From an uncultured virus (IMG/VR IMGVR_UViG_3300031088_000603) (taxonomy: Duplodnaviria; Heunggongvirae; Uroviricota; Caudoviricetes), in the IMG/VR virus record IMGVR_UViG_3300031088_000603: a stretch of 64,000 nt of DNA. One strand, 5' to 3'. The position numbers and the translations under genes were made by a program. Position 1 is the stretch's first letter; the number at the start of each line of letters is the position of its first letter. A model generated the notes under the pieces. That model was given only the letters and a program-made list of their open reading frames with translations. It ran no database searches and was not told the DNA's origin. Positions 38,654-47,545 of the stretch are shown one piece after another.

Positions 38654-39100
38654 ATGAGCGGCACCACTATGTTCGGCAGCGGAGATCTAGAACCGCACGA
38701 TTTTGACGATGTTGCGCTCATCATCAAGACGCTTGGTGTGAGCAACCCCCGCGCTCTTGTCCTTGACCGGCACAACGGATTCATCATTCTCAACTCAGAC
38801 AAAGGCGTGAGTGATTCCTTCAACCTAACCCTTGACGATCAGTCGTACCTTCCCATCAACGACACGCATGACTCTATGGTTGCAATCGTGCTCACCATGC
38901 GTGTGAACAAGTTGATGTTGAAGAACCCATCACCAAGTGACAGCAACCAGTGGTGGCTCATTCCTCCCGAAGACCGCAGTCTCATGAGTAGAGAGGCGAT
39001 GGAATGGTGGGAGGACTTGGAGTATCCAGACCAGGACATGCCTGTTTGGAATCGCGCCGTGGAGACCTACGAAAAGCTGTATGGCGAGAAGCCTCTCTAA
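38654..39100 (+). CDS. tandem paralogue 1 (DSFxLTLDD..LPIxDTHD family)
   Basis: Shared motifs and C-terminal YGEKPL. Confidence 0.75.
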   Translation: MSGTTMFGSGDLEPHDFDDVALIIKTLGVSNPRALVLDRHNGFIILNSDKGVSDSFNLTLDDQSYLPINDTHDSMVAIVLTMRVNKLMLKNPSPSDSNQWWLIPPEDRSLMSREAMEWWEDLEYPDQDMPVWNRAVETYEKLYGEKPL

Positions 39101-39153
39101 CGTCTGTTAGCATTCTGACAATCGATTGGAATGTAATAATGTACGTACATACT

Positions 39154-39606
39154 ATGGCTTTTGGAACCGGTGACCAATTCGGCACGAAGCACTACCATGA
39201 CCTCATGAGGGCAGTGGATTCTCTTGGTGTAGATCATCCCGAGTGGTCTTGTTTCGACGAAGAGCGCGGCGATATTGACATCAACTGCAATGCTCCTGTT
39301 GATAGCGCGTCATTCAGAGACTCATTTCATCTCACACTAGACGATGAAGTCAATCTACCCATCAGTGACACCCATGACGCGATGGTTGCTGTTGTTCTTG
39401 CAATGCGCGCAAACTACCTCGCCGCTAAGGATGCCGAAGACCCCGCTGATGTTCAATGGGTGATTGCCCCCGTTGATAGATCCAAGGCTGCTGCATGGAT
39501 GCTGGAAGATGAAGGATATCAAGAAGAGATGGAGTATCAACAAGGACCGCTCTTTGATAAGGCGGCATTGGCATACGAAGAAGTGTATGGCGAGAAGCCT
39601 CTATAA
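39154..39606 (+). CDS. tandem paralogue 2
   Basis: Highly similar to 39660. Confidence 0.75.
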   Translation: MAFGTGDQFGTKHYHDLMRAVDSLGVDHPEWSCFDEERGDIDINCNAPVDSASFRDSFHLTLDDEVNLPISDTHDAMVAVVLAMRANYLAAKDAEDPADVQWVIAPVDRSKAAAWMLEDEGYQEEMEYQQGPLFDKAALAYEEVYGEKPL

Positions 39607-39659
39607 TGTGTGTTAGCATTCCAGCAATCGATTGGAATGTGGCAATGTTTGAACACACT

Positions 39660-40112
39660 ATGGCTTTTGGAACCGGCGACGAATTCGGTACGGAGCATTA
39701 CGATGACCTCATGAAAGCCGTTGATACTCTCGGGGTAGATCACCCTGAATGGTCTTGCTTTGATGAAGAGTCGGGTGAGATCTACATCAACCGCGATGCA
39801 CCTATCGACAGTGCATCGTTCAGAGACTCATACCACCTTACGCTCGATGACGAGGTATCACTACCCATCAGTGATACCCATGATGCAATGGTTGCTGTAG
39901 TCCTCTCGATGCGAGCCAACTATCTCATTGCTAGGGATGCCGAAGACCCTGAGGATGTCAACTGGGTCATTGCTCCCGTCGATAGATCCAAGGTTGCTCC
40001 GTGGATGCTGGAAGACGAGGGGTATCAGGAAGAGATGAAGTACCAGCAAGGTCCGCTTTTCGACAAGGCAGCGTTGGCATACGAAGAAGTGTATGGCGAG
40101 AAGCCGCTCTAA
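39660..40112 (+). CDS. tandem paralogue 3
   Basis: Highly similar to 39154, including the upstream intergenic sequence. Confidence 0.75.
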   Translation: MAFGTGDEFGTEHYDDLMKAVDTLGVDHPEWSCFDEESGEIYINRDAPIDSASFRDSYHLTLDDEVSLPISDTHDAMVAVVLSMRANYLIARDAEDPEDVNWVIAPVDRSKVAPWMLEDEGYQEEMKYQQGPLFDKAALAYEEVYGEKPL

Positions 40113-40178
40113 CTAACAACCTTCCTGTCAGCGGACTCGGCTATCATTGACACATAACCGATAGTGGGAGTATCAACT

Positions 40179-40886
40179 ATGTCCAGCAACAAGCAAGTCG
40201 TCACCAAGCCAGTTCAGGGTAAGAACGGCGTTCACATGCAGCGATTCCACGTGAACGCTGATGCGAACGATGCAACAGCGAAGCGAGTTAGCGGTGTTGC
40301 AGCGCCCGCTAGTTCTGCCACCCCGGCACGTGAGGTAACCATCCAGATTGACTACGGCAATCCGCAGCCTATCTACCTGAAGGCATCTTCGTATGGCATG
40401 AGCACCGGTCTCAACTTGTCTCGTGAAGAGGCACGGAATATGTTCAATCAGCTAGATCACCTACTTGGCGAGAATACCGAGGAATATGTTCCTGCTGAGA
40501 AGTCAGATGATTTAGTGCGCGATGTCAGTGTCATCATTGATGAGAACGACTCGTACCGTCCTTACCAGCTTCGGGTCGGACAGCACGGTATGTACTCAGC
40601 TACGAATATGACGCACGATGAGGTCATGCTTTCTGCTGATGCTCTTGGTGCATATCTCGATGGAGAGCACAACTTGCCTGAACCCAACGTTTCAAAAGAT
40701 GTTGACCTCGAAGATTACATCCGTGACGCAAACGGTATCAACTTCATGCTCCGCCGACAGCTTGGTAAGGCGCTTGCGTCTGATAACGGTCGAGCAGAAG
40801 TTCGCGAGCTTCTCGAAAATGCTGATGAAGACAAGATCGAGCCACAGGTACGTTCTAACATCGAGTACTTGGAAAAGAGCTACTAA
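40179..40886 (+). CDS. DKNG-variant leader protein with internal duplication
   Basis: TKPVQGKNGVHMQRFHV; REVTIQID..YGMSTGLN versus RDVSVIID..HGMYSATN. Confidence 0.7.
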   Translation: MSSNKQVVTKPVQGKNGVHMQRFHVNADANDATAKRVSGVAAPASSATPAREVTIQIDYGNPQPIYLKASSYGMSTGLNLSREEARNMFNQLDHLLGENTEEYVPAEKSDDLVRDVSVIIDENDSYRPYQLRVGQHGMYSATNMTHDEVMLSADALGAYLDGEHNLPEPNVSKDVDLEDYIRDANGINFMLRRQLGKALASDNGRAEVRELLENADEDKIEPQVRSNIEYLEKSY

Positions 40887-40961
40887 GAGCTAGCTAGCAC
40901 GAACACCCCGGCGCTATTCCTGCCGGGGTGTTCGTGTTTGAGGCTGTGTTGTCTAGGGTGA

Positions 40962-41510
40962 TTAGCTTTTCGGTCGGAGACCTAGTGAGTCTCCGTTGCG
41001 GAAGGAGTCTAGAATTCCCTCGTCGATGTCATTGGCAACAACGAGATTGATCTCACTAGTCGGACGACCTTTATGCAGCATTGTGAAGACGCGACTCATG
41101 TCGGCGTTACGCAGAGATTCGCCATCAATGCCTACCATCAATCCGAGGACAATCATCTCTCGGGTGTTGGTGCCAACGTACTTGTGTGCATCCAGAAGGA
41201 GCGGAGTCATGATCGGATTGGTAAACTCAGCATCCATCTTTCCCTCTGTACCGAAACGTTCGATGAATGCCTCCGCGACCAAAGTCATAATGTCGTCATT
41301 CTCGCCGTACTTTTCCAACTGCTGATAGTACGGCAGGGTCTTTTCGCCTGCTGACCTCAGTACGTACGCGCCCGGCGACATATTGTACTTACCGTTGTGA
41401 TGGTACTTACGCCGAAAGAGTGCCGAACCCGCAAAACACAGAGCGCCCGTTCCGATGAAGACAACGCTAGCAATTTGCTCTATGGTCATGTGTGGATGGT
41501 ACCAGCCCAT
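40962..41510 (-). CDS. NDID-tail family membrane protein
   Basis: N-terminal TM; VVANDIDEGILDSF. Confidence 0.7.
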   Translation of the reverse strand: MGWYHPHMTIEQIASVVFIGTGALCFAGSALFRRKYHHNGKYNMSPGAYVLRSAGEKTLPYYQQLEKYGENDDIMTLVAEAFIERFGTEGKMDAEFTNPIMTPLLLDAHKYVGTNTREMIVLGLMVGIDGESLRNADMSRVFTMLHKGRPTSEINLVVANDIDEGILDSFRNGDSLGLRPKS

Positions 41511-41614
41511 TTATCGTCCTGCGCAGCAAAGACCCGAGAAGCGGCGGCGAGTTCGTTTGACACTCTATTGACAGCAAGCTACCATTCGCTAATCAGGATA
41601 AGAATGGATACCCA

Positions 41615-42301
41615 TTGAAGAGGTTTACGAAGCTCGCCACCTACTTGCGTGAAGAGCACTTCCAAAGTGTCTTTAGTCTTACTGTCGTGCTCATTATGGT
41701 GGGTTCCATTGTGGGAACCATCGAGCCGCTTATGCATAAGGAAAGCACGCCCCTGTTCCAAAGCTGGGGTAGTTTTGTCATGGTTGGGTGCATATCCCTG
41801 GGTGTCACGATGTTTCTTGTTGTTATGTTGATCAACAAAAGACCAAGCTTTGCCGTTGATACATTGAGCTATGCGGGCGTTCCATTCTTCATTACCATGC
41901 GCGCTCGACTAGCTGGATGCGACATCAACAAGGTGGCTAAATACTGGAAGTCTGTACATCCTGACAGCGGTGTCAATGGGTGGTTCCGCTTTATGCGCGG
42001 TTCAACTTTGCGGAGAAAGGTTGCTGTTGGTGTGCGTATCGCCCGTGTCGCACCAAGCATTAGTCAGTCACACTTTGCAGCGATGCTCATTGCTCTCGAT
42101 GTCCCGGATGATGACATCAAGTCATACGACAACCAGGAGATGCTACGGCTATTTGAGCAGGGTGTGCCGCCGTCAAGTCTTGGTTTTGTGGTAGGAAACG
42201 ACATCGACTACCAAACCTTCCTGTCATTCCGTAAGGGCAATGGCTTTGTAGGAAATGAGCTATTGCTTATTCGCGATTCGGTGGTGCTCTCTCATGCTTA
42301 G
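41615..42301 (+). CDS. NDID-tail family membrane protein
   Basis: Two TM segments; VVGNDIDYQTFLSF. Confidence 0.75.
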   Translation: MKRFTKLATYLREEHFQSVFSLTVVLIMVGSIVGTIEPLMHKESTPLFQSWGSFVMVGCISLGVTMFLVVMLINKRPSFAVDTLSYAGVPFFITMRARLAGCDINKVAKYWKSVHPDSGVNGWFRFMRGSTLRRKVAVGVRIARVAPSISQSHFAAMLIALDVPDDDIKSYDNQEMLRLFEQGVPPSSLGFVVGNDIDYQTFLSFRKGNGFVGNELLLIRDSVVLSHA

Positions 42302-42998
42302 AGCAAAATCCCTACTCAATAGATTGCGGACCTTCTTGTTGCACCCATATATCCTGATAGGAGTGGGTCTTTTTGTCACAACGGCTACCGCTATTGTGTT
42401 TATGACAATAGGTTACATGCGGTCTTCATTGGCGACCGTCACGTCGGTAGAGCAGATGGATAAGTTCTCTACCTTGATTATTGCTCTCGGTCCAGTGACG
42501 GCATTGGTAGCATTGGTTTATATAGCGGTCGTGGCAAACAATCGTCGCCCAGATACGGCTAAGGGTGTCCTGAGATTCGCTGGACTATCGTCTCGTATGG
42601 TTCGAGAGATGAAGGAATCGGGAATTGACATCAAAGCGGTTTCTGACCACTGGAAGCTAGCTCATGTTGAGACTGGGGTTACTACTTGGACCAGATTCGG
42701 TCGCCCATCTATGTGGCGACGGAAGCTCGCCGTCTCTACCCATGTTGCATTGCTATCTAGCGACAAATCTGAGTCAGTTTACGTTGCAGCGTTGCACTTG
42801 CTGGGTGTTTCGGATCAGGACATCCGAGACAATAGCGCCCGAGAGATGTACCGTCTCTATACGCAGGGTGTTTCACTTGATAGTCTTGCCTACGCCGCAG
42901 AGAATGACATCGATGCTGATTTGTTTAAAAACTTCACTCGCAACAACGATATGATGGACATGCAGATGCAGATGAATCTATTAGGGATGGCTGCCTAA
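42294..42998 (+). CDS. NDID-tail family membrane protein (paralogue of 41615)
   Basis: Two TM segments; AAENDIDADLFKNF. Confidence 0.75.
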   Translation: MLRAKSLLNRLRTFLLHPYILIGVGLFVTTATAIVFMTIGYMRSSLATVTSVEQMDKFSTLIIALGPVTALVALVYIAVVANNRRPDTAKGVLRFAGLSSRMVREMKESGIDIKAVSDHWKLAHVETGVTTWTRFGRPSMWRRKLAVSTHVALLSSDKSESVYVAALHLLGVSDQDIRDNSAREMYRLYTQGVSLDSLAYAAENDIDADLFKNFTRNNDMMDMQMQMNLLGMAA

Positions 42999-43636
42999 TG
43001 CACAAGACCAATACTCCTTTTGACGGCATGAAGGTACTTCTGTTGCTTGGTGTCATCTTCGGTCCAATCGGTTTCTCGATAGACAAACTGCCGTCTCTTG
43101 CATTGCTGCAAGAGCACGGATTCGACAACAACTGGATGCCATTCATCCTTTCGTGGGTGCCTCTCACCGCGATTACTTTTGTCATCTACAAGTTCCTGAA
43201 CCACTTCTCGGAGGACGACCACGTTCGAGCGCTACAGATGCATGGTCTGCCTAAGCTTGTCATTCGTCGTCTGGCTGCTGATGGTGTGAACATTGTCAGG
43301 GCTGGTGAGCTACTCAAAGCCCGAGCAGAGCGGTCGCAAGCTCCTAAGATGTCCCGCGCTAGAATCATCTTCGATTACAGGGGTAGAGCTTCTAAAACGA
43401 TGACCGCTCTTCGTTCCCGCAATGGTCATTACAAGGTGCTTCTGAAATCCTTCGGTGTCGAAGAGAAGATGATGAGAGGTCAAGACCCCGCGCAGTTGGT
43501 TCGACTCATCATCCGAGGCGTAGACGCAAATATGGCTGTTGCTGTGGCAGAGAACGATATCGACATTCAGACCTTCGATTCCTTCTATGGCGGGTTCGGC
43601 ATGATGGGTCTTCAGATGCCAGCAAAGGTGGCGTAG
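42998..43636 (+). CDS. NDID-tail family membrane protein
   Basis: Two TM segments; VAENDIDIQTFDSF. Confidence 0.75.
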   Translation: MHKTNTPFDGMKVLLLLGVIFGPIGFSIDKLPSLALLQEHGFDNNWMPFILSWVPLTAITFVIYKFLNHFSEDDHVRALQMHGLPKLVIRRLAADGVNIVRAGELLKARAERSQAPKMSRARIIFDYRGRASKTMTALRSRNGHYKVLLKSFGVEEKMMRGQDPAQLVRLIIRGVDANMAVAVAENDIDIQTFDSFYGGFGMMGLQMPAKVA

Positions 43637-43640
43637 AAGG

Positions 43641-43856
43641 ATGTACAATCCGGACATGAGTGAGTCATCAGTAGAAGAAGTATGTGCGGACTGTTGGAAC
43701 GAGGCATTGTCAAGTTTGGGCATTCCGCCTGAGACCGCACATGTACCTCAGGATAAGTCTGAGGCAGTCCGAGACGCTTACGATGACTGGCACTTCAGCA
43801 TGCACGAGGTGGGCAAGAACACCATCAGTCCGAGACGCTTCATCAAGGTGGGTTGA
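43641..43856 (+). CDS. small hypothetical protein (CADC..WHxxxH)
   Basis: ORF only; possible metal ligands. Confidence 0.5.
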   Translation: MYNPDMSESSVEEVCADCWNEALSSLGIPPETAHVPQDKSEAVRDAYDDWHFSMHEVGKNTISPRRFIKVG

Positions 43857-43923
43857 CACTAGATTTTACTTGTGATAGGATTCAAAGTTATCGAAAATCA
43901 GAATCCTACCCGAAGGAAAAATC

Positions 43924-44250
43924 ATGTCGAACGACATCTACACAATCAAAAGTCTCATTGAAGCATTCACGGTATTAGACGGCTCCGAGTTGGTTGTATC
44001 CACTACAGGATGCGACGGCTGCGGCGGCGAAGCTGGTTCTCTTGTCTACAACGAAGAGAACAAGAAGTACGCCGAGATCAACATGGCAAATGGCACCGAT
44101 AAGGCGATCAATGCAACAGAGTTCCTCGCGTTGCTCATCGAGGGAGAGAAGAATGGCTACGGCGATTCCGAAGTCTCGATGGAAGGTTGTGACTGCTACG
44201 TTGACGTGACAGAGATCACGATCCTCGACAACGAGATCATGCTCACCTAA
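43924..44250 (+). CDS. small acidic Cys-motif protein (GCDGC/EGCDC)
   Basis: Own TTGACA promoter and SD; paralogue of 44340. Confidence 0.75.
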   Translation: MSNDIYTIKSLIEAFTVLDGSELVVSTTGCDGCGGEAGSLVYNEENKKYAEINMANGTDKAINATEFLALLIEGEKNGYGDSEVSMEGCDCYVDVTEITILDNEIMLT

Positions 44251-44339
44251 GGCACTAACCCATCACACCCCGGTTGACGTTAAATGCCGGGGTGTGATAA
44301 GGTTTGAGTATCTCAATCAAATCCTACGCAGAGGAAATC

Positions 44340-44735
44340 ATGTCCGGAGACATTCTCACGACGAGAGCGCTCATCGCATCACTCAAAGACACCAAGAAGA
44401 ACAGCGGCGGCGAGATAGCTCTCATGCTCGAAGGCTGCGACGGTTGTTGGGACTACGCCTGTTCCGTCACAACGACCAAGCGCGAGGGTTCCAAGAAGGT
44501 CTTCCTCAAGAGGGGCAGAGAGGACGATAAGTCGCTCACCGTGAACAAGACTCTTAAGGCACTCTCCGATGCCAAGAAGCTCGGCTACGCCGATGCAGAG
44601 ATCATCGTCGAGGGTTGTGACTGCTCCGGTGATGGTGGCAGCGTCGAGACTCTCGACAGTGGTGATCTCATCATCAAGAGGGCTGCCGAATCACACACCG
44701 TGTTCGGTGGGGACGAAGACGACAACTACTTCTGA
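44340..44735 (+). CDS. small Cys-motif protein (GCDGC/EGCDC)
   Basis: Own TTGACG promoter; SD GAGGA. Confidence 0.75.
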   Translation: MSGDILTTRALIASLKDTKKNSGGEIALMLEGCDGCWDYACSVTTTKREGSKKVFLKRGREDDKSLTVNKTLKALSDAKKLGYADAEIIVEGCDCSGDGGSVETLDSGDLIIKRAAESHTVFGGDEDDNYF

Positions 44736-44820
44736 GTCAAGATGCAAGCAAGGCTGCGTTTCATTCACATGGGATGCAGCCTTGTTTGCTTTACGCCCTG
44801 TGTGGTGGTAAGGTTACCTT

Positions 44821-44963
44821 ACCGAGTTAGTTCAATGGTTATATGCAGTGCGGCTAAAAACCGCGAGCGAGAACGCTGGAAACAAGCTGGAGATGGGTAG
44901 GCATAGTGCAGGATTAATTACCCTGCGACACTATGTGTGGTTCGATTCCCCCACTCGGTGCCA
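44821..44963 (+). ncRNA. atypical 143-nt tRNA-like RNA
   Basis: 7-bp acceptor stem ACCGAGT/ACTCGGT followed by G-CCA; TAGTTCAATGG D-arm start; GGTTCGATTCC T-loop; about 70 nt longer than a standard tRNA. Confidence 0.7.
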
Positions 44964-45028
44964 AACAATCTCCGTCCTTATGCAGGGCGGAGATTGCTCT
45001 TTAAGCCATCAGGAGTTAGTCTGTTCAT

Positions 45029-45187
45029 ATGGACCTTTACGAGACCAACGAAGAAGCCTACGAGCGAGGTAGGGCTGATGAGCGTCAGTTCATCCAGAAC
45101 ACGGTCCAGAAGAACGGTTACGACTGGGGTCAGGACCGACGATTCTCGCCTCTTCAGCACCTACTCAACTGGTTGAATGCGCGCTGA
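45029..45187 (+). CDS. 52-aa hypothetical protein (MDLYETNEEAYERG...)
   Basis: Manual translation; TGATG coupling to 45187. Confidence 0.55.
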   Translation: MDLYETNEEAYERGRADERQFIQNTVQKNGYDWGQDRRFSPLQHLLNWLNAR

Positions 45188-45927
45188 TGCGCTTCTTCAA
45201 CGGGGTACTAGACTGGCTCCATAGCAGGCATCTTCTCCTGGCTATGGTTGCCATCACCGTCGTAGCGAGCTATGGTCTCTTTGGCATCCCGTTCTTCTTC
45301 CTTGGGCAGGAATCGCTTGGCGTTCCATTCTTCATCACCTCTTGGATGCCGTTGTTCATCGCCTTCGCGATGATGCATGTGTCTGCGAGTAATAGAGTCA
45401 GCGGAAGCGACATCCGTAAAATGCTCATTGGATCTGGGCTTTCATCGGAGACTGCTAACTCATTCGATTCAGGTCTCAAAACCCCTGGTGGTAATGGATC
45501 AAGCCAGTCCAAAGTTCCTCGGAATACGACCGACAGTATCGAGATGCTGTTCTTGAACTGGTACCGAACATTCAACCCTGGTCGGCGCTCCCCGTCGATC
45601 AATCGCTTGTCATTCGAGGCACAGCGTATTCAAAAACGTATCAACGCCTCTCTGGATAAGAACATCACCGGAAAGTTCAGCCCTCCCGGTATTGACCACT
45701 ACTTCGCTGTGCTGTTTCGTATAGGGCTGAGCGACGAAATCGCCAGCATCATGAGATGGCAGGATATCCTTACGCATATCGACAAGGGATGCAGCATTGC
45801 TGACCTCAACAGTATGGCTGATTCCGAAAGAATTCGTCGCGAACACGATATCGACCACGACCTCTTCGGCTCGCTTCATGATGGAGACGCAACCATGAAG
45901 TTGCGCAACCTGTCTGTTATCAGCTAG
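45187..45927 (+). CDS. NDID-tail family membrane protein
   Basis: Two TM segments; REHDIDHDLFGSL. Confidence 0.7.
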   Translation: MRFFNGVLDWLHSRHLLLAMVAITVVASYGLFGIPFFFLGQESLGVPFFITSWMPLFIAFAMMHVSASNRVSGSDIRKMLIGSGLSSETANSFDSGLKTPGGNGSSQSKVPRNTTDSIEMLFLNWYRTFNPGRRSPSINRLSFEAQRIQKRINASLDKNITGKFSPPGIDHYFAVLFRIGLSDEIASIMRWQDILTHIDKGCSIADLNSMADSERIRREHDIDHDLFGSLHDGDATMKLRNLSVIS

Positions 45928-45936
45928 TCTGTCAGT

Positions 45937-46473
45937 ATGAGACCAGAGCATCGCGTCACCCTATCGTGCGGTAAGACTTTCGGTGACATGGAGCGCTATG
46001 CGTTCACTGGTACGAACTCCAACTGGCTGTTGATCACCACCAACATCTCTGTCGTGCCTGAGCACTGGATGGAAGAGATGGCTTCGCAGTTCGCTTCGGT
46101 GGGCGCACTGAGCGCCTATCTTCGTAGTCGTGTGATGCGACGGTTCTTCAAAGCCATCAACTACCACGAGCCTTCATCATGGCTGACAGGAAACAGTGAG
46201 ATGGATGCGCCGGTCAAGGCTGGTAGCGCCTTCATCAACAGCGCACACCGAGAGGTCATGGATAGTGCCGTACCCAGCGCGAGCAAGGCTCTTGCAATGC
46301 TCTGCGTCATGTCCGGTATCGGCATCGATGATGTGACCGAACTGTTCAAGTCTCGCAAGCCGTCAGACATCACACAAATGGTGATTGCAGGCTATGACCT
46401 CACTGCCATCGAGGGCGCTGTCGCCAACAACATCGACATGACGCTGCTACTTTCGCTTGTGGATGCAGCATAA
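45937..46473 (+). CDS. NDID-tail family protein
   Basis: AVANNIDMTLLLSLVDAA. Confidence 0.7.
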   Translation: MRPEHRVTLSCGKTFGDMERYAFTGTNSNWLLITTNISVVPEHWMEEMASQFASVGALSAYLRSRVMRRFFKAINYHEPSSWLTGNSEMDAPVKAGSAFINSAHREVMDSAVPSASKALAMLCVMSGIGIDDVTELFKSRKPSDITQMVIAGYDLTAIEGAVANNIDMTLLLSLVDAA

Positions 46474-46528
46474 CGCACGGGGTGTCACAAGCTCTTAGTA
46501 CACTGGTTCTAATCAACCAGGAGTAGCT

Positions 46529-47494
46529 ATGGGTTCAAATACTAGACCAGTCGTCATCACCGATAAGAACGGCAAGGTCACGACCGTTCACAAGGGTACG
46601 AATTGGCGCACTCAGAATAAGAACCGCGCCGAAGCGCTCGGTAAGCCCGTTTCTGCTGCTGGCTTCCACAATTCACCAGAGATTGCGGAAGCTCTCAAGG
46701 GAGTAACCGAGGCGCGTGAGACCATCTTGAAGAGTCAAGAGAGTTTCGAGCTAGCGAATGTCAACGCCTTGATTCAGACTGTCAAGCACGACTTCTTTGA
46801 TGCGGCTAAGCTCGTTCTTATCGAAGAGAATGATGGACTACCTGAAGCACTCCGCCGTGATGGTGGTCTTGTCGTCACCGCTATCTTGGATGAATCGGGC
46901 AAAGACCTCGGTTACCAGCAAGGTGACTCTGCGGAGTACGACATCTTCGCCAAGAATCTGACCAAGAATTCTGGTGTTATCGCTATGGCAGATGATGGCT
47001 ACCACAAGACCCTCTCATGGGAGGTCGAAGGTGTTTCCGAACCGCTTCCTAATAACTCCGCATTCGGTAGCAAGAAGGTTGCCGATATGGTCAGCGATGT
47101 TGACTGGATCGACGAGAAGAAGGTCTTGGACAAGGTAAGCGAAATCGGTAATTCCGAAGGCGGCGAGCAGGGTATCAAGAACCTTCTCGCGCGCTCATAC
47201 GGTGTTCAGCCCGAGAACATCGAAAAGGCATACAAGTCCACTGACGGTCTCCTAGGTGACAACCATGCAGAGTGGCTATCGGAATCAGAACCCGATCCGT
47301 GGGGTCCGCAGCACCCCGTGCACTACAGAGTCATGATGGGTCGCGAAAGTCACCCAGTGGTTCGTGAGTTGCAGGACTTCGACTACTACGAAATCGACGA
47401 CAATAAGTTTATCGGTGGTCACTACTTCCCCAGCCGCGAGGCGGCTCAGGATGCGTTCGACTCCTTCGTTCGAGATGTGATTATCAACCCATAG
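46529..47494 (+). CDS. DKNG-leader protein
   Basis: VVITDKNGKVTTVHK; SD AGGAG. Confidence 0.75.
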   Translation: MGSNTRPVVITDKNGKVTTVHKGTNWRTQNKNRAEALGKPVSAAGFHNSPEIAEALKGVTEARETILKSQESFELANVNALIQTVKHDFFDAAKLVLIEENDGLPEALRRDGGLVVTAILDESGKDLGYQQGDSAEYDIFAKNLTKNSGVIAMADDGYHKTLSWEVEGVSEPLPNNSAFGSKKVADMVSDVDWIDEKKVLDKVSEIGNSEGGEQGIKNLLARSYGVQPENIEKAYKSTDGLLGDNHAEWLSESEPDPWGPQHPVHYRVMMGRESHPVVRELQDFDYYEIDDNKFIGGHYFPSREAAQDAFDSFVRDVIINP

Positions 47495-47545
47495 TGAATT
47501 TCCCACGCCAATCAGTTACCCTTCTACCTGAGAGGGAGAGAAGCT

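Noticed and set aside
44821..44963. Calling a standard tRNA-Phe(AAA)
   Set aside because: The D-stem and T-stem are imperfect in the canonical register and the length is 143 nt; kept as tRNA-like only.
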